This document shows positions 24,583-36,706 of a stretch of 64,000 bases of DNA, in pieces. This stretch comes from Rhynchopus sp. YZ270_cl-10. Lineage: Eukaryota. The notes under the pieces were generated by a model. The model had not been told where the DNA came from and did not search any database. It was given only the letters and a program-made list of their open reading frames with translations. The stretch lies in assembly GCA_964035575.1 (NCBI GenBank), contig OZ037834.1, positions 2,046,001 through 2,110,000 of the forward strand. Direction: 5' to 3'. Within the stretch, counting starts at the first letter, position 1. Each line of letters starts with the position of its first letter. Both the position numbers and the translations under genes were made by a program.

Positions 24583-25317
24583 ATGGACCGCATGATGCCG
24601 CCTTCGTCGCTGTGCCCGTCATGGCAGCACCTCAGCCCTGAGCAGCGTGAGGCGACACACCAGGCGCAGATGGACGCACGGACACGGATCTGGCAGTGTA
24701 GAACCGATCAGGTGTGCATCTCCCCCCCTCGATCAAGGTGAAGTACAGTTCATCTTATGAACTCTCTTCTTGACTAAAAAATGAAACTTATTTTTATCAC
24801 CTTTTTTATACCCCCACCTACAGGTAAAAGCAGAGGCGAACAGACGATGTGCAGACCTCTCCAAACAACTCGAGATTTTGAGGGTATGTCTCCTCCCCTC
24901 TCCCCCACCCCTCCACTCCGGACATCTCTCACATTCTTCTTCTTATTTACTCAGAATGAAATATCGGAAACGCAAATGGCAAGAACGATGCTGCCGATTA
25001 ACTATGGGGCGCGGGCAAGGGAGTGGGTCGTACAAAACGTGAATGAGGAAGGGAACGTGTCGTCGGGGGCGCTAGTAGGGTTTCTCCAAGAGGACCAACG
25101 GCAGGTGGAGGCGGATACCTACGAAGCACTGCGTGTGATGGAACAGCCCCCAGCCCAGGCGCCCCCAGCTCCCCTCCCCCAGCCGCAAGTGTCCATGCCA
25201 CTCAAACGGTCCTCGGCAGAGGCCTTCTCCTCCGACCCCACCCGGAACGCAAAGATCCGATCCTATTCGCAGTTCGACCGTCGTGGTCCTGGATACGCGG
25301 TACCTACCCCGTGTTAG
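24583..25317 (+). CDS. Small hypothetical protein, 3 exons, ~183 aa
   Basis: Exons 24583-24711, 24824-24883 and 24955-25317 join in phase 0 across gtgtgc...ctacag and gtatgt...ctcag introns. Extra upstream exons are possible (acceptor 24069, donor gtaagc 24395). Confidence 0.55.
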
Positions 25318-25680
25318 GGTTTTTGGGGTGGTGATAAAAAGTCTCATTTTTTTTTTTTTTTTTAGATGTGTTCGCTTCTTCTTTCTATTTTTGTCAAAAA
25401 ATAAAAGTATAAAAAATGCAAAATATTTGCGGTGCAACAAAAAGTGCACTCAAAATGCCCATTTTTAATAGGTATGGGTGTGTGGGCAGGGGCGTCGTTC
25501 CCTCTGTCAGTATGGCATGTGTCTGTCTCTAAGTCTCGTCTCTAACCTACCGAAAAAAGAAAACGACGTGGATTGCCCGTTCGCGGGGGTACACGTTGTC
25601 AAAGTTTTCAAGCAAAAAAAAAACCCCCATCCATCCCCCTTCCCCCCGCCCCTTTTTTTCTCCCCCCCCCCAAAAAAAAA

Positions 25681-25744
25681 ACAGTGGAGATTGCACAAAC
25701 TGTGGCAACACAACCGAGGCAACTACACTACAACAATTTATCAA
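25681..25744 (+). repeat. Representative of dispersed family F (acagtggagattgcacaactgtggc..ggcaactacactac..aatttatcaa)
   Basis: Copies at 7611, 13368, 25681 and 50635. Related variants at 50484, 51087 and 56091. All in + orientation, each followed by an A-run. Confidence 0.8.
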
Positions 25745-26860
25745 AAAAATAATTGGAAAATGGAAAATTTCAAAAACTCAAAATATAAAAAAAATCATGA
25801 CCGAAGAGTTTTTGCTTTGTTCTACCCTTTCTCGTATGCATACCAGTGGACCTTCCCCACAACCTTCCTTCAACTCCTATAGGGTCACAACCCACGGTGA
25901 GAAGGTATAGTATTGAAATCGGGTGTGTGTGCTATCCCAACAATTTACCAACAAATATTTTAAAAAAAGAAATCCGGGGTTTTGTGCAAAAATCCTGGCG
26001 AGATTTAGTCAAAAAAAAAAAACATTGATTTTTCTTCTAAGGTGCATAGCATCTTTTATATGTGATCCATTTTATTAGGGTGACTAAGCACGAGAGGCTT
26101 AGGTTCATCTTATAAATTTTTTTTCTTTATTTTTTGTGTAAGTTTTGTAATGATGATACCCTCATGAGATACTCGTATTGATCTCCCCCCCCACTGGGAA
26201 CAAAAAAAACTAAAGCTCCCTGATAGAATTTCATAATCTTTTTTTTCCCAGTATTTTGTGCTTTCATCCGGATGGCTGGCATACATACGTAAGTCGGTCG
26301 GAGGTGCCTGCATCAACAACCACCATTTTCCTTTTCAATTTTTCAATGTTCACTTTACCTTTTCCGTTAGGAGGGAAAAAGGGAAGTTTACAAGAATACG
26401 TCAACTTTGCGTACTCTACAAAAAAAAAAAACCACCCCCCACACTGTGATACAAATCTAACATTTCTTGCTACAGGATGGTCTAAAACCGGCACCATTCC
26501 TACTCTTCTCTCTCTCTCTCCCCATATTTTTTTTTCTTTTTGGAAATGTGACAATAGTCCAAACTTGGCGTCCTAATAAGTTTTGGGGATTTGGGGTATT
26601 TTTTGGTAAATTTGGCGCCCCTTTTTTATTGGATACCAAAACATATCTGTACTACTGGCGTCGCTGAAACCAGCTATTTTTCCGAGAAGTGTACCTAGAG
26701 GTCCACAAAAGGGACCTTTTTTTTTTGGGCTCGGCCGCACCGGACTCAAAGAGGTTTTCCTCTTCACAGGCCAGGTAGTCAGTTGGGAGCGTATTGCAGT
26801 AATAAAAAAATATCACCTCAGAATATTTATTACGCACTTTACGCACAAAACAAAAGCTAT

Positions 26861-28525
26861 AATATATATTATTATCGTGAATTTATTTTCCAGTATTTCA
26901 CGCACAGGTGGAAACAGCCCTCGGGGAAGCATTTTTTCCCGAGGGCGAAGCCTGAGGGGAAAAATGCTTCCCCGAGGGCTGTTTCCACCTGTAAGTGAAA
27001 TACTGGTATAAATTCACGAAAATATATTATTTTATCTCCAAATGAGACCATGAATTTCACAACCCGTTTTCACGTACAAAGAGAAGAGGGTGGGATGGTT
27101 ATTTTTATGATGATTTTTGATTCAGTTTTTTTATGTGGAACTCTTAGCGCTGGACAGCGCCTTGAGCCAGAACTGGTGCAGCGGGTTTGTGGCGCTTACG
27201 CGGCTGTACTTCTGATGAAGATGAGGAAGACGATGACGATGAGTCACTTGTGTTCGTGTCGGACTCACTCTCCACAGGTGCCCTCGTACGTTTTTGAGGT
27301 GTCATTTGGGATTTTGGAAGAATATTGGGAAAAAAAAACGGTGTGTATCCTTGGTTTGTGTGCTACAGAAAATTAACTGAAAAATGCGTTTGAGACCCCT
27401 AGAATGGCTCAAAATGCCTCTTTTCTGGCTTTAATTGCAAAATTGGGCCTCCAAAGGACTCCAAAAAAATTTTCGAGAGTTCAGTTCTACGATTTTCTGA
27501 GCGTGAATTTATTTTTCTGAGCTGGTGTGACCTATACAAGGGTAGTGGTATACCTTAGAAGGACCTTAGAAGGACCTTTTTTACACCTTTTTTTTTGGGG
27601 GGTGCTAAAATTATTTTGTGTACATCTTTTTTGGTGGTTTTTTGTGGCCATAAATTTTCCCCAGAAATTTTTACCCACAAAAAATCAAAAAAAAAATTTT
27701 TGTTTTCGGTGCAGCGGAGCCTGTACGTGCTGTGATGGGGTCACTTTGCGCTCAGAAATGAGTATTTTTGACCTAAAATGCATGTGTCAGGTTTTACAGG
27801 CCATTTTCAGGTTCTGTGTGCAAAATATGGTCAGTATTTGACTTCTGAAGGAAAAGTACAAAAGGAACGTGGGGCAGTTTGCGTAGATGCGCATTTTACA
27901 CCCCACCATTTGACGGGCGGAGCTCGTGGAACCCAACGAAGAGTGAGAAAAAAGGATACGCCGAAACAATAAAAGTAGCGTACCGTGCGCCTGCGGCGCA
28001 AGCTAGTATCCCACCTTCCCATGACATAGTGTCGCAGGCTATCGCCATCTCGGAACCCTCCATCGGCCCTTTGGTACTGGGTACTGGGTACTGGGTACTG
28101 GGTACTGGGTACTGGGTACTGGGTACTGGGTACTGGGTACTGGGTACTGGGTACTGGGTACTGGGTACTGGGTACTGGGTACTGGGTACTGGGTACTGGG
28201 TACTGGGTACTGGGTACTGGGTACTGGGTACTGGGTACTGGGTACTGGGTACACAGTTTTTTGATCGAAAACAAGTCCACTCCACCACAGAGAAAGCTCG
28301 GGAAAAAGTCACGTTTTGCTTACTAGTAAGGAAATGCCCTAAGGAAAACCACCATACCTTAGAAGGACCTTAGAAGGACCTTTTTTACACCTTTTTTTTA
28401 GAAAAATCACACCATGAGCGTGAATTTATTTTTTGAGCGTGAAATACCGGAAAATAAATTCACGCACCTCCTTCACGATTTTGTGAAGGGGCGTGAAATT
28501 CATGGTCTCAAGCGGGGATAAAAAA
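26861..28525. mobile_element. Composite foldback/TIR element
   Basis: A ~165-bp near-perfect palindrome (26861-27028) abuts a unit with TIR ttttatc..tgagaccatgaatttcac (27030-27060 versus 28493-28525). Internal direct repeats taccttagaaggaccttagaaggacc at 27549 and 28355, plus a recurring cgtgaatttatttt motif. Confidence 0.6.
28073..28251. repeat. Perfect heptamer tandem repeat (GGGTACT)n, about 25 units
   Basis: Uninterrupted gtactgg array read directly. Confidence 0.95.
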
Positions 28526-29175
28526 CTATACTGTGCACAGTCATCTATTCAAGTTTTCTTTGATTTTTTTTTTTAGAGTGCCAATACCTAGCGTCCCAGA
28601 GGTGTTTGCACTGTCAAAACTTCACTTTTTTTTTTTTAAACGTTACTCAGAAAAGCAACACTCCCACCCCATTCCAACCCGCTTCCACATATCAAAATGT
28701 GGAGAGTGCACGTATGCACTCCCCTGTTTCCCCGCATCCCCCTCGCACCTGACCTTCCCCCCTTTTTCAAGGTGACTTAAGCAGTGAGGAGGTGAGGAGC
28801 TTAATCACATCTGACCAACATATTTTTTAGTGCCTGCGTCCGCCGATGAACGGTGAAGCGTTGGTACGTTCTACTTCTCTTTTTTATGTCCCGAAAAGAA
28901 AAAAAAAAACCATCAGTATCCACGTAGTTTCTCACCTTGCCTTTTGGATACCCCCTAACCCCCCCAAAAATTGCCCGAAACGAAGTAAACAGAATTCAGA
29001 TTTTTTTCTCCCCCACTTTCTTTTTTGGTTCTGTTCAGTGTTTTCGAAAAAAGAAAAAAGGCAGGGAAAGGGAACAAAAAAAAGCGCACCCACACATACC
29101 CCTTTTGTATCAACGGCGTGTGTTTTCCTTAACCACCACACAGAAGACCTTCTCCTCTCCCTTATCTTGCGCAGC

Positions 29176-32100
29176 ATGGCTGGGCGCACAATGGTCAAAC
29201 GTCTTTGCATCTCATTAGCTGTGGCCGTGCTGACGTATGTGTCCCATGTGGACGCAGCACTGTGCCAAGGATACACCGGGACTGTGCTCGGTGGGGACTG
29301 CAAGGAGCAGTGGTGCCCGCACCCGCTGAACAATGTTGAATACCCGAAGTGGCCGTATTGTGGACGTAAGCCGAACGACCCTGACACGAAGTATGCGTGG
29401 ATGGCTGAGGTGATCCCACCCCAGGACAGGCCGTACCACACCTGTGGTGCAGGGCGTGTCCTGCGTCACGACGCAGCAGGTCTTGTGTGCAGAATATACA
29501 ACGACGACTGGTCTGCTGGCGAATGCTTCGATGGTGAGTGCTGCACAGGTGGTGTATGCACTGACATGACCTGTGGTGACGGCTGGACACTTCGTAGCGA
29601 TGCAGCAGAGGTGTCGTGCTACTTCGGCTGTGACCAGCAGACCTGTTGTGACGAGCCCACTGTGAAGAAGGTGCCCGGGCAGAACCCCGTAGGTATGCTC
29701 TTCGTCGACAAAGATCCAGAGCGCTTTGAATTTGGTGGGACGGCAACCATCCTGCGTGCCATCGACGAGTCTGACATCACACACTACCGTGTCTACTGGG
29801 GGTTTGCCATGGTCACACGCAAGGCGCCTTCGTGCATCCTTCGCCAGCCTGTTGGGTGGGAGACGTGGAAGTGGATGGACTCCACAAAGCTGTACAAGGA
29901 GTTTGCAGTGTCCGGGTGTGATATCCAGTTCGAGATCCCAATGAACACCAAGGCACAGGACTGGGCGTTGTGTGACATCAGTTACGACAGAAAGGACATC
30001 TTCACGGGTGCAACAGACAAGTGCAACCCACATTACTTGATGGTTGTGTCTGTGAACGAGAACGGCGAAAAGCCTGTCACACGCCACCAAACGGACAACA
30101 TTGGACCAGTGCTGGCGATTTCCGACTACGAAGCTGATTTGAATTATGCGTGCGCTGAGTCTGGCTTGGTGGGAGGACAGGATCTGGTCAATATTGACGA
30201 TGTTCCGTTAGGTGTGCAAGGTGACTGCCCAAGTGCTGCTGAGTGCGCAAAGCGGTGCAGGGAGTACAGCGGAGAGAAGGGTCCCTGCAGGATCTTCACA
30301 TGGGCGTACCCAACAGGTGGGCCGAACTCGAACACATGCTGGATGGAATCCCAGGCGGTATCAAAAGTGCACTACACAGTGCGTGTGTCAGGTCCCGCTG
30401 TGTGTCCATCGGCAGACGAGGCCACTGCACCACCCACTGGCCTTGAACGTCCCAAGTGCACAAGGTGGCGCAGGTACCAGAACAAAGTGACCTTCACCCC
30501 TGGCCAGCAGTGGGCGACGAACGTGGGTGGCATCAACTATGTGGAGCGCCCACTTGGACAGTTCCAGAACTTTGAGACGTGCAAGTCGATCTGCGACATG
30601 GACGTGCTGTGCATTGGGTTCTACTGGCAGAAGAGTCTGCTGTGGAATGCTGGAGACCTGCGTCTGCTGAAGATGTGCAGAATGATGCGTATTGACTCAG
30701 GTGAGCGCAACGAGCTTCTGGAGGTTGGCACCATGTCAGTGCGGAACATGGACAACCTGTTTGACACGTGGCTGTGCACACGTGCAACCATGGCACCTAT
30801 GGTCATTGGGTACGTCTTCAAAGCAAACCCGTTCGGCTACCACACATGTGGAGCACAGACAGCGACGAGCCAGAAGGTGGTTGCCTCTGTCGACTGCTGT
30901 GCGACTGCGTGCGACGAGGACGCGAACTGCAAGGCGTTCACCTTCTGGAACGTGGACAAGAGGTGTGACCTGTTCGCAGCGTGCAGCATTGCGAAGGTGG
31001 ACAAGGTGGCTGGGTGTGCGTACGAATCGTGCTTTGATGGGTACGGTGCCTCGACCTACATGAAGGAAACGACCCGCACGATTGAGATTGTGGACCGCTT
31101 CCCGCGTCAGGGGACGAAGGACGGGATCCCGATCAACGTGCAGACGAACGGGATGATGGAAGGTGCTGAGGTTGTGTGCGGTGTGCGTTACTTGGACGAT
31201 ACACGTGACGAGCTGCCCGAGTCTGCTGAGCAAATGAAGGCGGATGCAAGCTTGAAGGATGTTGTGAAGTCTGCGTTTGTTGTGAACGACGTTGCGTCGA
31301 TGGTGCTGACACAGGAGAAGGCGGGTGCACTGAAGGACGGGCTCAACTACAAGGTGCGCTGTGCAGTAGTCGACAGGGCTAAGTACGCCGGCCTCCCAGC
31401 GTACATCGACACACCGCAGTCGTTCCAGCTGCAGGAGCCGAAGGGGTACCAGTTCGTGCGCCACGGCAGGTGCATCGGTTACAAAGAGTGTGCCCTCATC
31501 GAAGATAAGGGCAAGGACGTCACTTATGAGGCCTGTCTTGCTTTCTCCGACAGCAGCGCTATCTACACTGGATTCTCGTGGGGCTTCTCGGATGGGTGGT
31601 GCCGTCTGTACACGGACTGCCCGCCTAATGGTGTTGCGAAGAACGACATGAACTACTACTGCTGGAAGAAGACGGATGAGTGGGAGACCCTCAACAACCC
31701 TGGCAACGGTGTGTGCGACCAGGTGTGCCCTGTTGGTGACACATGCCAGATGAGCCGCACGATGGGTGTGTGCGACCGCAATATTTACATCCCGCGGCGT
31801 CAGTCGTGCACTGACGTTGCGAACGAATGTGCTTCCAACCCTTGTGGTTCGGGACAGACGTGCTACGACCCGAACACTGAGTCGGGGAGAAGCCGTGACT
31901 TTGTGTGTTGGGTGACGGATGACCCTGCATCGCGTGCTATTGGGCAGCCTGCTGAGATGAACACTTTGAACGAATGCGATGCATCGCCATGCGGCTCGAG
32001 ACAGACATGCACGGACAACGACATCAGCAAAGCGAGCAGATCCGACTACCTCTGTGTGTGTACCGAAGACACCACCAAGAATGCAACCGGAAAGCCAGCT

Positions 32101-32190
32101 GACGACTGCCCCGACGGCGAAGCAGCAGCACAGCACTACGTCAGCTGGATGCTGCTCACCCTCACCACCGCCACTCTGCTCATGATGTAA
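29176..32190 (+). CDS. Cys-rich surface protein (PAN/apple-like modules, two EGF-like modules, GPI-like C-terminus), ~1004 aa
   Basis: Signal peptide after ATG 29176/29191. CxxxC PAN-like motifs (ECAKRC..CRIFTW; CCATACDEDANCKAFTF). NECASNPC modules. Terminal hydrophobic tail with no cytosolic residues. Confidence 0.85.
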   Translation: MAGRTMVKRLCISLAVAVLTYVSHVDAALCQGYTGTVLGGDCKEQWCPHPLNNVEYPKWPYCGRKPNDPDTKYAWMAEVIPPQDRPYHTCGAGRVLRHDAAGLVCRIYNDDWSAGECFDGECCTGGVCTDMTCGDGWTLRSDAAEVSCYFGCDQQTCCDEPTVKKVPGQNPVGMLFVDKDPERFEFGGTATILRAIDESDITHYRVYWGFAMVTRKAPSCILRQPVGWETWKWMDSTKLYKEFAVSGCDIQFEIPMNTKAQDWALCDISYDRKDIFTGATDKCNPHYLMVVSVNENGEKPVTRHQTDNIGPVLAISDYEADLNYACAESGLVGGQDLVNIDDVPLGVQGDCPSAAECAKRCREYSGEKGPCRIFTWAYPTGGPNSNTCWMESQAVSKVHYTVRVSGPAVCPSADEATAPPTGLERPKCTRWRRYQNKVTFTPGQQWATNVGGINYVERPLGQFQNFETCKSICDMDVLCIGFYWQKSLLWNAGDLRLLKMCRMMRIDSGERNELLEVGTMSVRNMDNLFDTWLCTRATMAPMVIGYVFKANPFGYHTCGAQTATSQKVVASVDCCATACDEDANCKAFTFWNVDKRCDLFAACSIAKVDKVAGCAYESCFDGYGASTYMKETTRTIEIVDRFPRQGTKDGIPINVQTNGMMEGAEVVCGVRYLDDTRDELPESAEQMKADASLKDVVKSAFVVNDVASMVLTQEKAGALKDGLNYKVRCAVVDRAKYAGLPAYIDTPQSFQLQEPKGYQFVRHGRCIGYKECALIEDKGKDVTYEACLAFSDSSAIYTGFSWGFSDGWCRLYTDCPPNGVAKNDMNYYCWKKTDEWETLNNPGNGVCDQVCPVGDTCQMSRTMGVCDRNIYIPRRQSCTDVANECASNPCGSGQTCYDPNTESGRSRDFVCWVTDDPASRAIGQPAEMNTLNECDASPCGSRQTCTDNDISKASRSDYLCVCTEDTTKNATGKPADDCPDGEAAAQHYVSWMLLTLTTATLLMM

Positions 32191-32706
32191 ATGAAAATGA
32201 CGCAACCCGAACAAAAAAATAAGTCAGACCAGAATCCCCAAAATCTCATCTGCCACACCATGGAGAAGTGTGCTGTCTGTGATTATCGTAGCCGCTCTGG
32301 GTGAGCACAGAACCCACCCGTTAGGCGATTGTCAATAACAAAAAAATACAAAACAAAAAAGTTAGCGCGTATCCTCGGGTGTGCACTAAGACAAATCAAG
32401 TTTTCAAAAAAAAGCAAAACGTATCAAATCAAACGAAAAGGAAGCGAACGAAACTTAGACGCGAATCTGATGCCGAATGCATCAGACAGAACAGCAACGA
32501 CACTAAAAAAGAATACCCTCTTTGCGAGAAGTCGATTACTAAAAAAAGACGGCCAGCAGGTGAACTAGCTGGGGGCGATGGTACTTCTGTACTTGACCCC
32601 CCCAGTTATCCAAGGGTACCTTGGTTGTTATCACATGAGGATGTCGTCGCTCTGCCCTCCACGAGGAACCCGCAATTGCCGAAACCCACCCAAAAATGCT
32701 CGATTT

Positions 32707-35360
32707 TGGTGCTATCCGGGGGGCGGCGTTTCACAAAGTTTCACAAATTTTCACAAAATATCACACAATTTCAATCCTATGCACAACGTGTCGCAACGTT
32801 TCACAACGTTTCACAACTTTTCACAACGTTTCACAACTTTTCACAACTATATGTTGTGAAAAGTTGTGAAACGTTGTGAAAAGTTGTGATTTTGTTTGAA
32901 ATTTTGTGAAAAGTTGTGATTTTGTTTGAAAATTGTGAAAAGTTGTGAAAGTTGTGAATAGTTGTGAATAGTTGTGAAAAGTTGTGATTTTGATTGAAAT
33001 TTTGCGAAACTTTGTGAAAAGTTGTGAAAAGTTGTGAATAGTTGTGAAAAGTTGTGATTTTGATTGAAATTTTGTGAGCCCGTTTTTTTATTTTTATAGG
33101 GGCTTTCTGAGGGGGGGTTGGGGCATGGGTAGTGGTCACGGTGGGAACACGACAGAGCTTATTGTAACCACAGGACGCACCGATTTTGACTGAACACGGC
33201 TGAGCCCTTCCGCGACAATGTGTGATTTATGGTATGTACTTCCCCAAAACAACTCAAATGGCTATCAAAGCGCCAACCTCATCAAATCTATACCGTGTCT
33301 TATTAATATTGGTACCCCAGAAATAAAGAATACCAAGTACGCAACAACTGCGCAACAAGTACGCAAAATGGGGGTGGGCTTCATTTTTACTTTGTGGGTA
33401 TTTTTTGGGGTTTTTGGTTTTAGGGTTCCAGAAGCCAGTTTGTGCACGCATTGACCCCAAAAGTGCAGAAATCACCTGAAAGTGGGGTGATCCGGGTTGT
33501 ATTCTGCTACGAAATTCGCAAACCAGGAAAAATCGGAAAAAAATGCGAAAAATTCGCAATGCGATTTTTTGCGATTTTTTGCGATTCGCGTTTCGGGTTT
33601 TTGCGATTTTTTGCGCACAGGTGTGACAAGTCACACGTGGTCACATGTACCCACGTACCCAGGTACCCAGACCCACGCAGTGTCACATGACCTCAAGTGT
33701 GAGTGACCCACGCATGAGGGAATGCGACACCGCAAAAATTACCACAGACCCTGTCTTCCTGCACCTTCGGTGCAACGCCGCAGACAGGCCAACAGCATTG
33801 GACTCAGAGGAATGCCTGCTGTGCAGGTATCAACCATGAAAACCAACTCCCAGCAACAAGGGGCGCCTTTTGGCGGGCGTTGTTGAGGGTGTTTTGGGGT
33901 GCAAAGTTTTCCACAATTTTGATGCGTGGGTACAGAAGTGTTGTCTTGTTCTTTCATCTCTAGGAATGTAACAGTGGCTGTGCCATACAGATACCGGGGG
34001 ACAAGACGTGCTACAATCCGGAGGATGACGAAGACATGGATGAACCGAGGCTACACTCGCTATACAACAATGCCCTCGCCATGCCGGTAAATGGCAACAC
34101 TGCAGGCCACCCCTTGGCGGTATTCCCCCACGACTACATCGCACCCATCTGTGCAAGCTTCATGGATCTGCAGAACCTACAGCTGGACGTGGTGAAGGTT
34201 CCGGAACACGCTGAAGCCGGGTTTACGGGTTGTGGAAGCCTACAAAGCAAACTGTAGAGGTCTTGTTCAAGCGGAACGAAAAAAATTCTCTCTTCAAAAC
34301 TCAAATTTCCCTCATAGTTTTGTTTGTACACTTTTCCCAAGGTAAAATCCCTACCGACCCTCCCCCGTGAAATTGTCCCCCCCTCCAACCCCCTTGAAAT
34401 TGTCCCCCCTGGGGGAAAAAGTGGGGGGGGGGACAATATCACGTACGGCAAAAAGGGGGGACAATTTCTCGTACTGTAGGGGGGTGGCCGTTTTGGTGTG
34501 AAGAAGGAGAGCAAAGGTTGTCCCCGCGACTCCCGTGAAATTGTCCCCCCCTGCCTTGAAATTGTCCGTCGGGGCAAAATACCGGTTTTTGGGGGGGGAC
34601 AATTTCACGGGGGAGGGTCGGTACCAAAAAAAAAAAAAACTCGCCAAAACTCGCCCCCCAAAAATGGGCGAGTTTTGGGCGAGTAGGCGAGTTTTTTGGG
34701 AAGTTTTTTGGGTTTACGGGTAGGGTCACTGTGTACAAATTTATTAAACTCAAGTAGCAGAATTAAAATTCCAGCATCTCTACCCCCCCTTTACGGAGTG
34801 ACAACTGGTAGAAACACGGTAGAACCACGGGGAATTGCACACCAATTGATTACATTATTTGGATAATCTTTTAAACAACCACCACCTCTTACAGGTTTCG
34901 TGTCCGCGAATCTGCCTACTGTTCTTTTGGATGTACCAGAAGAAGATGCAGAGACTGAAGCTGCTGGAGGCGATGGAGCCGGCGGACTCGCTGGAAGTAG
35001 GAGATGCACAGCACCTTCACAGAGCTGATGTTCAAGCATTGACGACGAAGGGTCGTTTGCCCTGGCGTCCTAGTAGACGTTTGCTGTCTCCCCTGCTGCT
35101 GATGGACGGGCTACACACTCGTTGTGAAGAGTTGTGAAAAGTTGTGATTTTGATTGAAATTTTGTGAAATTTTGTGGAATTTTGTGAAAAGTTGTGAATA
35201 GTTGTGAAAAGTTGTGATTTTGATTGAAAATTGTGAAAAGTTGTGAAAAGTTGTGAATAGTTGTGAAAAGTTGTGAAAAGTTGTGATTTTGATTGAAATT
35301 TTGTGAAACTTTGTGAAACTTTGTGAAACTTTGTGAAACGCCGCCCCCCGGATAGCACCA
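32707..35360. mobile_element. 2.65-kb TG..CA-ended TIR element with 5-bp TSD and subterminal TTGTGAAA arrays
   Basis: TIR tggtgctatccggggggcggcgtttcacaaagtttcacaaa with its reverse complement ending at 35360. TSD gattt at 32702-06 and 35361-65. About 10-bp repeat arrays at 32728-33076 and 35121-35339. Confidence 0.85.
34354..34621. mobile_element. Tc1/mariner-type MITE (TA TSD) nested in the TG..CA element
   Basis: TIR ccgaccctcccccgtgaaattgtcccccc with its reverse complement ending at 34621. TA on both sides. Internal gaaattgtcccc repeats. Confidence 0.8.
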
Positions 35361-36519
35361 GATTTCCAAAAAAAAAACCGTGGGGGCAGCGGTTCACATC
35401 TTGGACAGGTGAGCAGCGACACCTCCCCTTGCGTGAAAAAGGTCCTCGTTATGACTCAAAAAGCTAAAGCTGGGTACAGTGCAAGACTCACAAGGCGCCA
35501 GTACCTGGGGGTGGCGGTACTCGTATCCTGTGCTGAGTCAAAAAGGACGGATCGTACGACCCGGCAAGCCCGCACAGAACAACAGGCTAGTAACAAGTTA
35601 AAAACAAAAACAAAAAAAACGACAGTGTCCAGCCCTCCAACATTTCCCCGCCATCTTTTTATTTATATGATCATTCCCTCAGTTTTTCCGCCGTACACAT
35701 TTTGTCGATAACTCAAAATAACCCCCTTTTTTTATGTGCACAGAGAGGCACAATTCTTTCATCTCAAATTTAAAGCAAATTCAGAAATTGATGAATATTT
35801 TCTTTAGGTGCGTACGCACGTGAGGCAAGTTCATCTTTCCAACTCTTCTTTAATTTTTTTTTTTTTTTTTGCCCTGCTTTCTTTTTTATATACCAAGCAT
35901 TTGGCAAAAGAGGAAATAGAATCGACGGAAGGAGCGTGCCTGCAAATTGTTTTTTTATTCCAGTATTTGTTTCACCCACCGCTCACTCATACAGCGAAAA
36001 AAAAACACAACAAATTTGCAGAGCAATAAACGAAAAACGTTGTTTTTTCCTTCATTTTTATTCAATTTGTCAATCGTGGCCTGCTACCCCCTCCGAGATA
36101 GCTACTATAGTAGTCGAAAAATAAGACAAAAAATTTCTTTATCCTGAAGTCAGATTCTATTTCTATTATCAGCGTGTATTTTATCCAGTGCCCCCAGCGT
36201 CCGCCGATGAACGATGAGGCGTTTGCACTTTCAATTTTTCTTTTTCTTTTTTTTTGTAGATGCGTGTGCACACAAGACAAGTTGCATCTTTCAAAAATTC
36301 CTTCTTTCCCCCCCCCCCCGGGAGTGTCAGTGCCTGCGTCCCAGAGGCGTTTTGCACTACCAACTTCATCTTTTTCCCTTCTTGCGAGCCATCATACCAC
36401 CCTTAGGACCCTTCGCCCTGCGCCCCCATTTGTCCCTTCTCCTCTCTTCTGTCTTTTTTATGTATTTTTAGTATAGTAGATACATGGGGTGTTTTCAATC
36501 CTTGAAAAAATAGGATTTA

Positions 36520-36706
36520 CAGTGATCCAAGAAACTCTAAGAACGCGGTGCGGTGGTCTCAGGATACCTGGTCACGTGACCAGGCAATAGACCAGGTATT
36601 TGTTTGACCTGGTCACATTCGTGACCACGTGTGACTAGTCACACCTGTGACCAGCGCACCGTGAAGGGTTAGTACCCCCCTCTCTCCGATGTTGCTTGGA
36701 TCACTG
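36520..36706. mobile_element. CAGTG-ended MITE containing a nested CACG-type MITE (36544-36663)
   Basis: Outer TIR cagtgatccaag / cttggatcactg. Inner TIR c(g/a)cggtgcg(g/c)tggtc with aa/aa TSD and gtgacca repeats. Confidence 0.7.

Noticed and set aside
27831..28373. ORFs with PVPSTQY / VLGTGYW repeats
   Set aside because: Translations of the GGGTACT heptamer array.
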